A stretch of 64,000 nt of DNA. Source: the human T2T-CHM13v2.0 reference genome, Homo sapiens. Positions 12,313 to 27,628 of the stretch are shown in pieces. The position numbers and the translations under genes were made by a program. Location of the stretch: the NCBI RefSeq assembly GCF_009914755.1, contig NC_060926.1. One strand, given 5' to 3'. The first letter of the stretch is position 1; each line of letters starts with the position of its first letter. The notes beneath the pieces are model-generated. The model worked only from the letters and a program-made list of their open reading frames with translations. It made no database searches and was not told where the DNA came from.

Positions 12313-15300
12313 AAATAACACTAAAAACTACATATTAGGATTGCAAAAAATTGCTTCTATAAAACTATGGCCTGCCACTGAAAAGAAGGAGAAAAAAAAG
12401 AAAGAACAAAATTGCCAACTTAATTTAAACCTGTACAAGCATACAAACAGACTCAAGTTCTGAAATAGATAATCAAAAATGTTCACCTAACCAATGCATC
12501 AAGTGAATTTTATCTGAATGTGCTGTGGCATAATAGTGTTTGGAGGTATTTAGAAGATGGTAAATCCCAGAATCTTTCTAATTATTCTTTGAGAAAAAAT
12601 AACTTGCACATTTTGAAAATAAATATTTCAATATATAAATAAACTTTCAGTGTATAAAAACAAATTTATAAAACAAGTTTATCTACCTCTTTCATTATAT
12701 ATGAAAGGTTTTTACAAAGAGCTTTTTAATAAAGATTCTAAATTAATCTTAAATTAAGGTTCACCTCAACGTTCTTAAATATGAACTAATGTTCAAGCAT
12801 ATAATTATATTTCTAGTTATAGTCTCCTTGACAGCACTGAAATCATTCCAGATAACATGATTCCTATTATAATATACCTAGGGAAAATAACCCAAACTAA
12901 AAATTATTAGGGGGTTGGTTATTTAAATACATTATTTTGAAAATGGCATCGAGTATAGCCTGAATTTTTAATTCTAAAACCCAAAACTCAGGCAAATAAA
13001 CTTATTAATAGAGCTTTGATTGGCCCCTTGGCTAATGATCCGTGGCTCAGAGCATCAATATACCAGGTTTCAGATCATGATAAGTATACCAAATTTCTAT
13101 AGATTGTCTGGCAAAGCAGATACTATCACTATCTTGTGACAATAGTCTTCTAGGCTTACATATCTTGCCGGTTTAAAAAAGAAAAAAGAATTCCATTGTC
13201 AATGTATTTATTAAAATAACACTGTATTTTATTGATTTAAGCTAGACATCCCTTTACATTTTAACTTCACTGAGATTGGGATGCATAATGAAATTAATGA
13301 TAGGAAAACATTTTGCTAGAGTTCAATTAGCAGAATTTTTCTTTATTACCTAAAATAATAATTCAACTTCAAATGAATGGCTGCAGATTTGCTAAAATAT
13401 GGTTATACTACTATTACTGCTAATAGTAAAAATGGTAATGATAATAAGTAGTAATCAACATTTACTGATTGCTGTCAATATGCCAAACCTTATTTGGTTA
13501 TATTATTTGTATTAAATAATTTAATCTTCAAAACCTTCAATGAACAGAGAAGTTAACAAAAGTGGGGTGGAACTGATGATAAATCTGTTTGATTACATGT
13601 GCTAGAATTCAGATACATTCTTCTGTTTGTAAAGGAAAAAAAGTCTTTTAAAATTAAATAAGGAAGATATTTGTGCTATATATTACTGTCTTAAAATTAT
13701 CAAAAATATTAAAGGACTATTAACTTATATCTGTTCTTTAATTTTTACTCTATTGTTCATTACGATACCATAAAATGACTATATAATGCCAGTTATTATG
13801 GTAAACCACCTTCTTAACATTTACATCTGAATATAATTACATATGAAAGGAAATACTCAAAAATCAATATTTTTATTCTGTTTTTTAATCAATAAAGAGA
13901 ATACTCAGCAACTTTTTAAAAATATTTACTCGTAGTCATCCTATAATCCTTTGCATTTAAAAACATTTTCCTATCTGCTAATGTTTTTACATTATTGGAC
14001 ATAAAGTAAATGCTTGTCAAAAATCAATAGTCTCCAAATTCATAACTTATATTTATCTAATCCTTAAGCACTACACAATTCTAAACAAATAGATTTTATA
14101 CTCACATCTGTGATATTTTGAAGTTACCTGAGAAGAATATTAATGAGGGACACAAATAATTACTAAAAATACTCCTTTGATCAATTTCATAGTTATCTGA
14201 TATTAAATTTCCAAGTTAAAAAAATTTAAACATAATTTTAAAAAGTCAAGGGTCTTCCTTATTCAAGAAAATTGGTTTAATTCTTTAACACAAAATATTT
14301 CACCATATGGTCATAACCAGCACTATTGGCAAAGGGCCTTACATATATTGGATAGTCAGGAAATATTTGATGAATGAATGAACAGATGCATGAATAAGTG
14401 GATAACAAACATAAGCATATTCATCTATTTTATTTCTAAAAATGTCTCAAGTTAACATTTTTCATTTGAAAGATATTTTCAATTACTTACTGAGCTGTAT
14501 TTTTGCAACTATGCAAATGATAGCACTAACTTTAATTGTATTCATTTATCTTTAATCAGCATTATTTTATTCTACTAGTCTACAGGGGGGTTTTACACAT
14601 TACAAAATGCAAATTATGATACATCTCGAGTTTAAGAGAATGTCATTTGTTTTTGGATTCCCCTACGACACAGTCGAGATTTATTTATTTATTTAAGTAA
14701 TCACTCATTGGCCAAATGTGTTCTGATTTGTTTCTGATAGAAACAAATGTCAAAATGACAGAAATTCTTCCTTATCATATTATCATTACGTTGGACACCA
14801 AGGACATGAAGATGAATTAAATATGTTTCTCACCCTTGATGAACTCCTAGTAGGTTGTTTAATGCACATTTGTTGAATAAATGAATGAACAAATACAAAA
14901 ATTTTGAAAGCGCTGCACATTCAGTCATTGTATTTAGCAATATAGAGAATGAGAAGACAGTGACTATACTCATTTTAACAGTTCACAACACTGTACTCTA
15001 TTCATAAAACCACACATCTTAAAATTACTGACAGGCTCATAGACTATGCTGGCTACATTAGATTAATTTCATAGGAGCATATTTAGTCTTATCTACAAAA
15101 TTAGAATGTTCACAGGGGTAAACACTGCTTTGAAGTTCAAGAGTGTGAATGAATAGAATCTTTTCCTAAGAGAAAATAAGGAAATTGACAGCATTCAGAG
15201 AACTATATTTGTTCCTAAAATAAGTCTATTCATTCAGTCACAGCCATGTAAATTGGCAGCTGCTCTGACTTAGAGAACAAGATTCATGCTTTACATGACA

Positions 15301-15481
15301 TTTATCTTAGCCCCTGTGGACAGAGTTCACATGAGTAAGCCTATATTGACCATGGCCCTTTTTAAAGATTTAGAGTATCTATGAAATGAAATGCTTACAG
15401 CAAAAAATGTTTTTCTAAACAGAAATTTTAGTTATATGTTTATCAAAATAAAAATCATTAAAACTTTCTTATTATAACTTC

Positions 15482-15933
15482 TGTAGTATGTTGATTTGGT
15501 GTCCCCCAACCCCCCAAAAAGATATTTCTACCTGGAACCCATGAATGTGATCTTCTTTGGAAAAAGGATCTTTGCAGATGTAATTAAGTTAAGGATGTTA
15601 AGATGAAATCATCCCAGATTATTCAGGCAGGCCCTAAATCCAAAAACAGGTGTCCTTATGAGATAAAAGCAGAGGAGATTTGAAATACTCAGAGAAGAAA
15701 ACCATGTGAAGATAGAGAAAGAGACTGGAGTTAACACAGCTACAACCAAGGAACACTTGGGGGCTACTAGATGTTGGAAGGGGCAAGAACATATTCTTCC
15801 CTCAAGCCATTAGAAGAAGCAACACTTTGATTTTGGCCTTATGACCACCAGCACTGTAAGAGAATAAATTCCTATTGTTTTAACACATCAAGTTTGTTGT
15901 ATGTTGTTACAGTGGCCACAGGAAGCTAATATA
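15482..15933 (+). mobile_element. MaLR solo LTR, MLT1B/C-like
   Basis: tttggaaaaaggatctttgcagatgtaattaagttaagg...gttacagtggccacaggaagctaatata. Confidence 0.85.
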
Positions 15934-16329
15934 GCTACCAAATCAAAACCATTTTCAAAACAGTCTATTTTAAGTGGTATAAGGAAGTTGAGAGTGAGAG
16001 AGTTACTTAAATGAGATTGCTGGGTTTTAGGATTAGAATTACACTTGAAGATGTAGCAATAAATTGAGCTAATCATTCCTCCCAATCTTTCATTATATAA
16101 ATAAAAATCAATGGCTGAAATTTGGTTTCCTGAGACAGTTTTTCACCCCCATCTCTTTGACAACCTGTTGCTTCTAAATGTCCCGGACATTTGTATCCTC
16201 CCACCTGTCTGTACTCCTACTAATCTTCTTTAGAAATATAACATCTCTTGTCTAAAGAAATACTCTCCTTCCTTGAGCCATATCTGTATTCTAATTCACC
16301 TATCCCTCATAAGCCAGAATAATCTTCCT

Positions 16330-16640
16330 ATTGTTTCCATAACTTCCGTTTTAAAATCCTCAATCAATTCTTGTTAACAGGGCAAATTTTACCAGCTTTG
16401 GAATGCTCTTCAAGATGCAGCCCCAACATGTTTTTCCAGCCTCGTTTTTTGACCATGGATTGCCCAAGACAGTGTTAAGTGCCTCCTTGTTGCTCGTGGA
16501 GCATCCTGAGACTGCTGTTACAGGATTTATCACAAAGCTATATAACCCTCTGCCTCTCCCACTAGACTATGACTCTCTTGAAGACATGGATAAGGTATTA
16601 TTTACCTTTTAACCCTCAAAAACTAGTACTGCAGCAGGAC
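16330..16640 (+). mobile_element. L2 3' fragment
   Basis: cccactagactatgactctcttgaagacatgga resembles the L2 terminus. Confidence 0.45.
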
Positions 16641-16751
16641 TATCAAATCTAAGCTTCTGGTGGTCTAAACATAATCACCAGGTGTGTATATTTGCAGGAA
16701 AACAAGAGTATTGTAATTATTATTATTTTATTTGTTTATTTATTTATTTTT

Positions 16752-17662
16752 GAGAATCAAAACAGCAAGTTTTCTATTAAGGATTTCAAAAGGGAAGGGG
16801 TATAATAACAGAGAGTAAGTACAAAGATCACATGCTTCAAAGGGCAAAAAGCAGAACAAAGATCACATGCTTCTGAGGGAACAGGACAAAGGGCAAAAGC
16901 AGAATTACTGATACGGGTCCAACAAAGATCCCAAGGCAAAGGGCAAAAGCAGAACTACTGATAAGGGTCTATGTTCAGTAGTGCACGTATTGTCTTAATA
17001 AACATCTTAAACAACAGAAAACAGGGTTCGAGAGCAGAGAACCAGTCTGACCACAAATTTACCAGGGTGGAGTTTTTTCCCCACCCTAGTAAGCCTGAGG
17101 GTACTGCAAGAGACCAGGACATATCTCAGTCCTTATCTCAACCACATAAGACAGACACTCCCAGAGGGGCCGTTTATAGACCTCTCCCCAGGAATGCATT
17201 CCTTTCTCAGGGTATTAATATTAATATTCCTTGCTAGGAAAAGATTTTAGCGATATCTCTCCTACTTGCACATCCATTTATAGGCTCTCTACAAGAAGAA
17301 AAATATGGCTCTTTTTGCCCAACCCAGCAGGCAGTCAGACCTTATGGTTGTCTTCCCTTGTTCCCTAAAAATTGCTGTTATTCTGTTCTTTTTCAAGGTG
17401 GACTGATTTCATATTGTTCAAACACACATGTTTTACAATCAATTTGTACAGTTAACACAATTATCACAGTGATCCTGAGGTGATGTACATCCTTAGCTTA
17501 TGAAGATAACAGGATTAAGAGATTAAAGTAAAGACAGGCATAAAAAATTATATAAGTATTATTTGGGAATTGATAAATGTCCACGAAATCATCACAATTT
17601 ATGTCCCTCTGCCGTGGCTCCAGCTGGTCCCTCCGTTTGGGGGTCCCTGACTTCCTGCAGCA
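16752..17662 (-). mobile_element. MER11 (HERV-K11/HML-8) LTR lacking U5
   Basis: - strand starts TGCTGCAGGAAGTCAGGGACCCC; internal aaagggcaaaagcagaa and aaagatcacatgcttc repeats; ends ~20 nt after AATAGA. Confidence 0.88.
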
Positions 17663-17783
17663 GGACTAAATGAATTTAAAATTTTATTTTAAATTTAGTC
17701 CCATGTGTTTAGTGGCCACAGTATTGGACAGTGCAGATATAGAACATTTCCATTATCACAGAAAGTTCTATTAACCAATGCTG
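17663..17783. mobile_element. MER3 (hAT-Charlie) half element
   Basis: gtattggacagtgcagatatagaacatttccattatcacagaaagttctatt. Confidence 0.75.
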
Positions 17784-17820
17784 AGCTAAGCTAGACTCAA
17801 TGTTTTTGGAAGAGCATTTC

Positions 17821-18120
17821 AGCTAGGTGCAGTGACTCAGGCCTGTAATCCCAGCACCCTGGGAGGCCGAGACGGGTGGATCACCTGAGGTCATGAGTTC
17901 AAGACCAGCCTGGGCAACATGGCGAAACTCCATCTCTACCAAAAATACAAAATTAGCCAGGTTTGGTGGTACATGTCTGTAATCCAAGCCACTCAGGAGG
18001 CTGAGGCAGGAGAACTGCTCGAACCCAGGAGGCAGAGGCTGTGGTGAGCTGAGACCACACCACTGCACTCCAGCCTGGGCAAGACAGCGACACTCTGTCT
18101 CAAAGAAAAAAAAAAAAAAA
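17821..18120 (+). mobile_element. AluS with T>C excess
   Basis: Full dimer with A tail and its own TSD agcatttc on both sides. Confidence 0.95.
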
Positions 18121-18127
18121 GCATTTC

Positions 18128-18765
18128 ACAGGTAGTGATGTGAACTTCCTTCAGAAGGCATATAATGTCTGGATGTTTCTCTTTGTATTAATTTAGCAGT
18201 CATTTAAGGCCATTGCCTGGACCTATTACTTCATTAGGGGTTGCAAAGTTATGACATTATAATTCTATCATCTCCAATCTATTTTATTGACTGGAATGCT
18301 TTTAGAAAAACAAAACAAAACAAAACTTCCTTTATCAACCATTTCGGTTACCGTGAAGAATAAATTTATACAGGAAAGTTAGGATCCAAAGGTGACCAAT
18401 TAGGGTTGTTTTTTAGTATAATTATGAACTTGTGCACTTAAAAATATTTGATATGTTTTAATTCATTGCAGTTATTGTTCTTATTACTACTCAAATTGTC
18501 TTATCTCTAGCCAGGATTGTCTTTGGAATCCTTTTCACATGACCCCAGAAGCTTTTGATAACATTTTTCTGATACAACAAGATATTTTAGGCTCATCCTG
18601 TACATTTTTCCCTCAAACATGGAATCAGCCACACTTCCAAAAAGTCATTGTTTATTTTAAGACGAAATTATATTTAGGTAGTATGGTCTGGGCCCTAAGG
18701 GGTGCCAAATGGTACTGGGCTGGTCATTGTTTCTAAGCCTTTTCAGTGGACAATGCTAAGAACTG
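18128..18765 (-). mobile_element. L1MC4-like 3' fragment
   Basis: acaacaagatattttaggctcatcctgtacattt...ggaatcagcca...gtcattgtttctaagccttttcagtggaca. Confidence 0.7.
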
Positions 18766-18767
18766 CA

Positions 18768-19064
18768 TTTTTTTTTTTTTTTTTTTTTGACGGAGTCTCA
18801 TTCTGTCACCCAGGCTGGAGTGCGGTGGCGCAATCTCAGCTCACCGCAAACTCCACCTCCAAGCTCAAGCAATTCTCCGCCTCAGCCACCTGACTAGCTG
18901 GGACCACAGGCGCTTGCCGCCATGTCCAGCCAATTTTTGCACTTTTAGCAGAGATGGGGCTTCACCATCTTGGCCAGGCTGGTCCTGAACTCCTGACCCT
19001 GTGATCCACCCACCTCAGTCTCCCAAAGCACTAGGACCACAGGCGTGAGCCACCATGCCCAAAC
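18768..19064 (-). mobile_element. AluS with strong T>C excess
   Basis: Antisense full dimer preceded by a T21 run. Confidence 0.95.
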
Positions 19065-19066
19065 TT

Positions 19067-19622
<556 letters not shown>

Positions 19623-19782
19623 TAATTATTATTTTAACATTCCGAAGAAGATTATGCACCTTTGAGGAGGTACAAAGAAGGCAGGGATGATTAGTCTAGC
19701 TCCAGAAATACAGACTTGAAAGAGAGCTTGATGATAAGGTAGAAGAATTTATCATAAGACACTGTTTTAAGGCCTGGGTAAA

Positions 19783-20322
19783 TATATTGAATTGGATAGC
19801 ATTCCCTCAAAGTTCATGCCCACAGGAAACTATTAATGTGAATGAATGTGACCTAATTTGGAAATAGGGCCTTTGTAAATGTAGTCAAATTAAGATAAGG
19901 TTACAGAGGGTTAGGGTAAGTCCTAAATCCAATATTACTGTTCCCCTTATAAAACAGGGAAATTTGGACACAGGGACACAGTCACACAGAAGAAGAGATA
20001 GAGATTGGAGTGATTCATCTATAAACTAAGGAATGCCAAGGATTGCTGGCAATTATCAGAAGCTAGAAGAGGCAAGGTTTCTTCCCTAGAGCATCTTTTG
20101 TTTTTCCAAGCAATCCTCCTGCATCAGCCTCCTGAATATCTGGGATTACAGGCATGCACCATCATGCCCAGAAATTCCCTAGAGCCTCTGAAGGAACCAT
20201 GGCCCTGCCAACACTTTGATTTGAGACATCTAGCCTGAAGAACCCTGAGAGAATACGTTTCTATTGTTTTAAGCCACCCAGTTTGTCATACGTCATTACT
20301 GCAGCCCTAAGAAGCTAACACA
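19783..20322 (+). mobile_element. MaLR solo LTR, MLT1B/C-like (interrupted)
   Basis: gaatgtgacctaatttggaaatagggcctttg...ttgttttaagccacccagtttgt...gcagccctaagaagctaacaca. Confidence 0.85.
20097..20174 (-). mobile_element. 78-bp 7SL/Alu-monomer 5' fragment with A tail
   Basis: TSD ttccctagagc[a/c]tct at 20082-20096 and 20175-20189. Confidence 0.8.
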
Positions 20323-21262
20323 GCAACTAAACAAGATATTGAATGTGGGGAACAGCATTTTCTTCATTTCTGTGTAGAACATCACTTGGATTTAGTGCCC
20401 ATGAACTTGATAATTTGTAACTTTGGAAATACTGGAGAAAAACCTCTCTTGACTCAAACTCAGCGTTGTCACTGTGCATGCTGGCCCAAATAGCAGTTGT
20501 GAGATGCCATTCTCAAGTGCCTTCAAGAACAGACAGCATTAACAAAATAAAGCCAAAGTGGAAGATTATAGAATGTTAATCTACTCAGCCTATGTGACAC
20601 TCTCTGGGATCTCCCCAGAACAAGTAGGTGAGATTTTTTAGGGGAGCTGCTCAAGTTTTAAGGACAACTCCATTGCAAACTCTACTCTTGCCTGCTTAGA
20701 AAGTAGTTCAAAACAACTTGCTTTAAAGTAAAACTATTCACATAAATGTCCAACTCTAAACAGACACGGGCTTTGTGAAAATGACTTAAAATGAAACTGG
20801 ATGATTAAATTTGTATTATTCAAGATGTAACATGGAGATCTGTAGGTAGATGCTAAAAAAAATAGCTTGGATACTTTATGCTATCATAAACGGAGTGGTC
20901 AATGACATTTAGATATCTGTTATCTTTAGAGTATTATTTGATCAAATCTGGGCATTTATTTTTAATTTCTTTTATTTTACTGCTTCAAACACACCTCTCA
21001 CATTGCTTTATTTGAACATGGAGACATAGCCTCTTTTCTCACTAAATAAATCCCATTACCCTTCAACCATTCTTCCTGTTTAAAAGTACATAGTCAACAC
21101 TAAATAACTGACCCTAATTCTTAAACATGTAGCTGGCATTTAATAAAATCATGGCTGAATGTTGAGTAAAAAAATGTACATAATATTGTTTACTTGTGCA
21201 CCCTTTATTGGCATCTAGCTTGTATATTATAACCTCTTTTCCTCTTTTAAGTATTTTTCTTC

Positions 21263-22050
<788 letters not shown>

Positions 22051-23074
22051 AACTCACTTCAGCTCTCTCCATTACAGTGTCTAGTATTTTCAACAGGAGG
22101 ATGACCCACTGCCCTTAAAATGAACTTCCAAGTGCCAGTACTTGAGGCCCTTTGACCTTGAACAGTTTTAGAATGCAAAGTCACAGGGGTGTGAGGTACT
22201 CCATTTGCATTCCACACTCTAATGAGAGCACAACTCATTTTTACATATTTGATTGCATCATATGTTTTATACCAAAATAGAGCATTCCCTAAATAAAGAG
22301 AAATATCTATAATTAGATTTTTATAGCGTAGGACTACTGACCAGAAAAAAAAAAAATGCATTGGTGCATTGGCTGCCAGGAATAATGTATTAGACAAAAC
22401 ACAATGTAAACTTCAATTGTTGTTAAACAGTTCTTTCCTTTTGACAATGACTAGACATATATATATATATATTTTAACTTTTTTTTTTTCAATTTATATG
22501 CCCCCTACTTGGTTTTCATCAAGTTCACATCAGGGGAACCCTGTGATAATCAGACAGAAAAAGGTTCAGCATAGGAAAAGCTCAATAAGCAGTGGGAAGC
22601 AGACCTGAATTCATAACAACCACTGAAAAGTGGACTGAAACCCAGGTAAATCAACTATGAAAAAAGACGAATTATGAGAAACAGAAAACAATTCGAGATA
22701 ATCACTGTTAATTACAGAGAAATAAGTTCATATTAAAAACTGTCTTAGATTGCATTATTCTGTAACATATTCATATCTAGCAGCTTTTATTTTAAATTTA
22801 TAAAAAATCTACTGGCATATCATGCAAATTTTAAAAAATCTAGTATGAAATATTAGTTAACATGTTTTAACTTTTGTTCTCTAAACTTTATGAATTTTTA
22901 AGTACAATTGGTTTTTACTTGATTTCAACATTTGTGGAGGAGAGGGGTGGACAAATCTATATTTAATATGCAAGATGAAATTCTAGAAAAATAGGACCTG
23001 TATTTTATATTTTCAGTTAATAAGCTTTTTACATAGTGGTGTTACCCACATATTAATTACAAATAAATAATGAT

Positions 23075-23262
23075 AGTGAGATACCTTACCTTGCATAGTA
23101 TCTCTGAATAAGGTAATTAACTCCTCAATGCCTCATTTTCTCATCCATAAAATGGGCATAATATATACATTTGAGCATTATTTGGGGACTTATAAAAAGA
23201 AAGATATGAAACACTGCCTCATAGTTGTCACTTAATAAAAGGTAGTTGTCATTTTTATTATT
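23075..23262 (+). mobile_element. MIR
   Basis: tgcctcattttctcatccataaaatggg core. Confidence 0.6.
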
Positions 23263-25119
23263 ATAAAGTGCCAGATGCATGGAAAACATCAAATGATTAT
23301 ACTCATTACAAATTATTTTTAAAATGTCACTAAAATTTTTTAAATAATTAAATATGCAGCGTATTTGAAATGTGATTTACTTTGAGAAAAAAGAGCACAC
23401 ACAAGTATAACAACAGTCTTTCAATATGATAAAAACATATCAGGTGTGGATTTTGCTGCACTTGTATTTTCAAACTAGAATACTACGAAGGTAATAGAAT
23501 GCAACTTCCTTGAGTGTACATTATCTTTAAATAATTTCTTGGAAAAATACATTGTTTTTATTCTTAAAAAATAAGTGGTATAGAGAAGAGTAAAAAAGCT
23601 AATAAATGTTATTTATAAACCTTGAAACTTCTCATTTTGTGCAAGTGGCTTTGAGAGACACACAACTCTATTTCAGTATAACCCAAAACTCATTTGTTGG
23701 CCACCAGACAGTAGAATGAAAAGGTTGAAAAGAATCTCAAGTATGAAAAGATTGAGAAGAATTCCCTGGAACATAATGTAACAAAACTTATTTTCAATTA
23801 AAAATATGCATCTTATTCAGAGACACTATGCAAGGTAAGATAAATTTCGACTCAGTTGTGAATGCAAAGGCCATGCTCTCTCAGTATACAATGTTGTTGC
23901 ATATAAAAATTAATATTTATTCCACATCTAATTTTCCTTGGGCATTTTTAGGAAGACATTCATGAAGTTTTGCACATCAGCCAAGACTCTTAATACCTGG
24001 AAGTGACTATTGTATATTAAATAATAATTTCCAAGTAAGCCATTTGATGGTGCCTCCACTCTGGCCTACAGTGGATATATCTTAAAAGAGCTTGCCCAAA
24101 TAGATGGTTTGCCTCTGGAAGTTTAGTGATAACTATTACTACTAATCTCTAATGAGTATTAGCAAAATGATTCCTGAGAAAATAAGCATGCCACACTGAA
24201 AATTTTCTATCTTGATTTCTAACATAATCTGACAAAGATAATGTTTTAATGTAGAAAAAGAAGCTATTGGCATTATCCTTGATGATTCATCAAAGAGGAC
24301 AACCATATGGGAGATCAACATTATACTTAGCTTAAATGCAGAGTCTTGAATGGAAAATATAATTTAGGGCTAAAGAAATATGGCTAAACTATAAGAAATT
24401 GTTGCTGGCCCTGGGAACACTTTTAGGTAAAGTATTAACCACCACCCCAGGAAGAATAACAAATCCTACCAGATGTTTCATTAAAAGTATAAGTATATTG
24501 GGAAAGGAATATTGTGATGAGGGACTTACAGAGTCATCCAACAAGCCACAGCAGGACTAGGATATCACATCTTCAATAATTCTCTCACCTTTAGGTTTAA
24601 CCTGAGATAAAGAATACAAGGGTCTCAGCAGCTATCCTGTTTCTATTTTGGATAGCCCGGAGTGCTCCATTTCCCAGTATTGCTGGGGGATATGACATAT
24701 TAATGATATCAAAATATTGAGTCACTTACCAAATGTGACCTAAGGATTCTAGAGTGAGAAAATATTCTACCTTGATGTATTTGGAAATAAACCAGCATAG
24801 AAGATTAAGACCTTAAATTATCATCTTTAAGGAACTAAACATTAATGTCTAGTTCATTGTTTCTTAATTTTGTTTCACAGACCCCTTTGAAAAGCTATTG
24901 AAAGTTATATACGCTTAAATACTAGGTATAGAGAAAAGCATTTACTCAGTGTAACTTGCAGATAATTTTATAGGTTTCATAGAACACATTAGACAAGACT
25001 AAAGACACCAGTTCAAGACCCTCTGGGTCTGTATTTGTCAGTTCTTTTCAAAATCTCTTTCAATGAATATATATTTTCCTCCTGATTTTCAGTTATTTCA
25101 CAGCATTCTTGGTCAAAAC

Positions 25120-25475
25120 TTTAAGGGTACTTAAAGGAGACAGGGAGAACATTCAAATTGGGCAATCTGGGGATAGTTAAATAAAAGATTTATTTACAAA
25201 GGCATGCACAAAGTGTAGTAAAAGCAACAAGAAATAGTTCAAGACCCAATAACTGGCGAATCATTACATTAAAAAGTGAGGGGGAGCGGTGGTTATGGGA
25301 GCTCATAACTACTGTCATCTTATCTCTGACAGGCACATTCATTGACATATACCAAACAGAAGCCAGAGTACAAGAAGCCTGGTTGATGTAGTTCATAGAG
25401 GTCATCCTCCCGAAGCACAGAGCAGCAAAGAGAAGGGTAGAGGAAGTACCTAGAGGGACAATGTAGAATATCTGA
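25120..25475 (-). mobile_element. ERVL LTR, LTR33-like
   Basis: ccaaacagaagccagagtacaagaagcctggttgatgtagttcatagaggtca...gcacagagcagc. Confidence 0.55.
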
Positions 25476-25797
25476 GAAATTAGCAAAGCAGGTTTCTTTA
25501 CAAAAATAATGCAATTTCTTTCAGGAAGGTCTTAGAAAATGTCTGGCTCTTTAATAGTATGTATGATGCGCCCTTATTATATAGCCATCTTTAAACAATA
25601 ACAATGGAAACTTCTAAATCCTGCTGAAAAATAAACCTTATTTTTCCATATGTGTTTGCTTATTCATAATCTGCCGTTTTTAATTAAAAAAGCATTTAAG
25701 GTTATCTACAAAAATGCAAACATAAAAAATTTAGCACACTAACATAAAATGATGAATGGAAAAACACATGTAAAAGGGAAACAAGAATAGAAAAATA

Positions 25798-26166
<369 letters not shown>

Positions 26167-27628
26167 TCAAGGATAAATCTCTTATTTTGAAATCCAAAAC
26201 AAGCTAGAGATGGGGTCTATATTTAATGTTAAGTATACTTGCAGTCAATAAAATGGTAACTAATTTGCTTACATAATTTAAAAGGTAAATTTTATAATTA
26301 TAAGAAAAAACATCCTTACTCTGGAAAGTATAATTTCTAGAAACAGAAAAATGATTCTTATGTAGATACTCATAGAGAAAATTCTGCTACCTAATGAATG
26401 AACAATATATTCCACAGCATCCTTAATGCATATGTATGTCTACAGAGAATAAGATGCATATTCTGCTTGGGATATAAGACATGTTCTTTTATTAAAGCAA
26501 AGGAGTTCTGATTTACTAGGAGTAAGATTTCTTCAAAGTTCAGTAGAAGATCAAACTACTTAACAATCCTACGCTTCATCTTTTCTCTCTAAAAAAAATA
26601 GACTCAATATGCTAGGACAATATTAGAACTTATCATATATAGAGGTTCAAAAAATAATTAAATGAATGAGTGATTTTTGGGGATTATCAGCCTTCTCACT
26701 TGTTCTACTGGATATATCCAGGTTTACTGAATCCTAGGTCACCTTACAATGAGAATATATCTCTGTTAAAGCTTTTTAATGTTTTCCTAAGTTTTTTCAA
26801 CATGTATTTTATTTTTAAGCTAGGTTAACTTATATATCTATTGGTATATACGTTTGCTCTTTCTTTTACTTATATTTATGTAAATCAAACTCAGAATGCT
26901 TTATAAAAGTGTTACCTACAAATGTATCCTCAAGCTATTTAAGGTTTTTAGAGTTTTTATTGCCTCATACACTAAGAATAAAATACATATTCTTCTTAAA
27001 TAATACCAATTAAGCTTTTCTCACAATTCTCAGCCTACTGCCTGTAGTAGTTACTTTACTGATATTTGTCTTCCATTTGTTAATAATTCAGATCATTCAA
27101 CACGCAATTGGTATCACAGAAACAAAGTCTTCTTTCAAGTTTCCATTTTGGTGCCATTAGGTAATTTTCAGGAATTATTCTATGTCACTTATTACTAAAC
27201 AGGTTTTTGTTATAGTTCATATTTTTTTTACTGCTACCAGATTTTCTTATCATTAAAATCATATGTCTACATAAAAAGGTAAGAAGAGGTAATCATAATG
27301 TATTTATGGATTACATAGAATAGACAGATCCATATACTTTACATTGATGAATCTAGTTTTAGAATATAAAAATATGCTCACCATGATTATATAGCACTTT
27401 CTTATATGTTTTAGTAAGATAATGAATATTTTATTCCTGATAGATGTTTACTTTTCTCTTCTTACCTTTTTGATCCAGACATATGATTTTGATCTAGAAA
27501 TACGATGATAAAAATAATTAGACCTTTAGAATTCCTATTCAATAGGTATAATAATTATTGTCTGATGCCTAAGTCTTAATGCATGATTCCAATGGCACTC
27601 AAAAGTGACCCTTTAAAAACTATAATCT

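Noticed and set aside
16820-16970. Spaced direct repeats resembling an array
   Set aside because: These are the internal tandem repeats typical of MER11, not a CRISPR or a new array.
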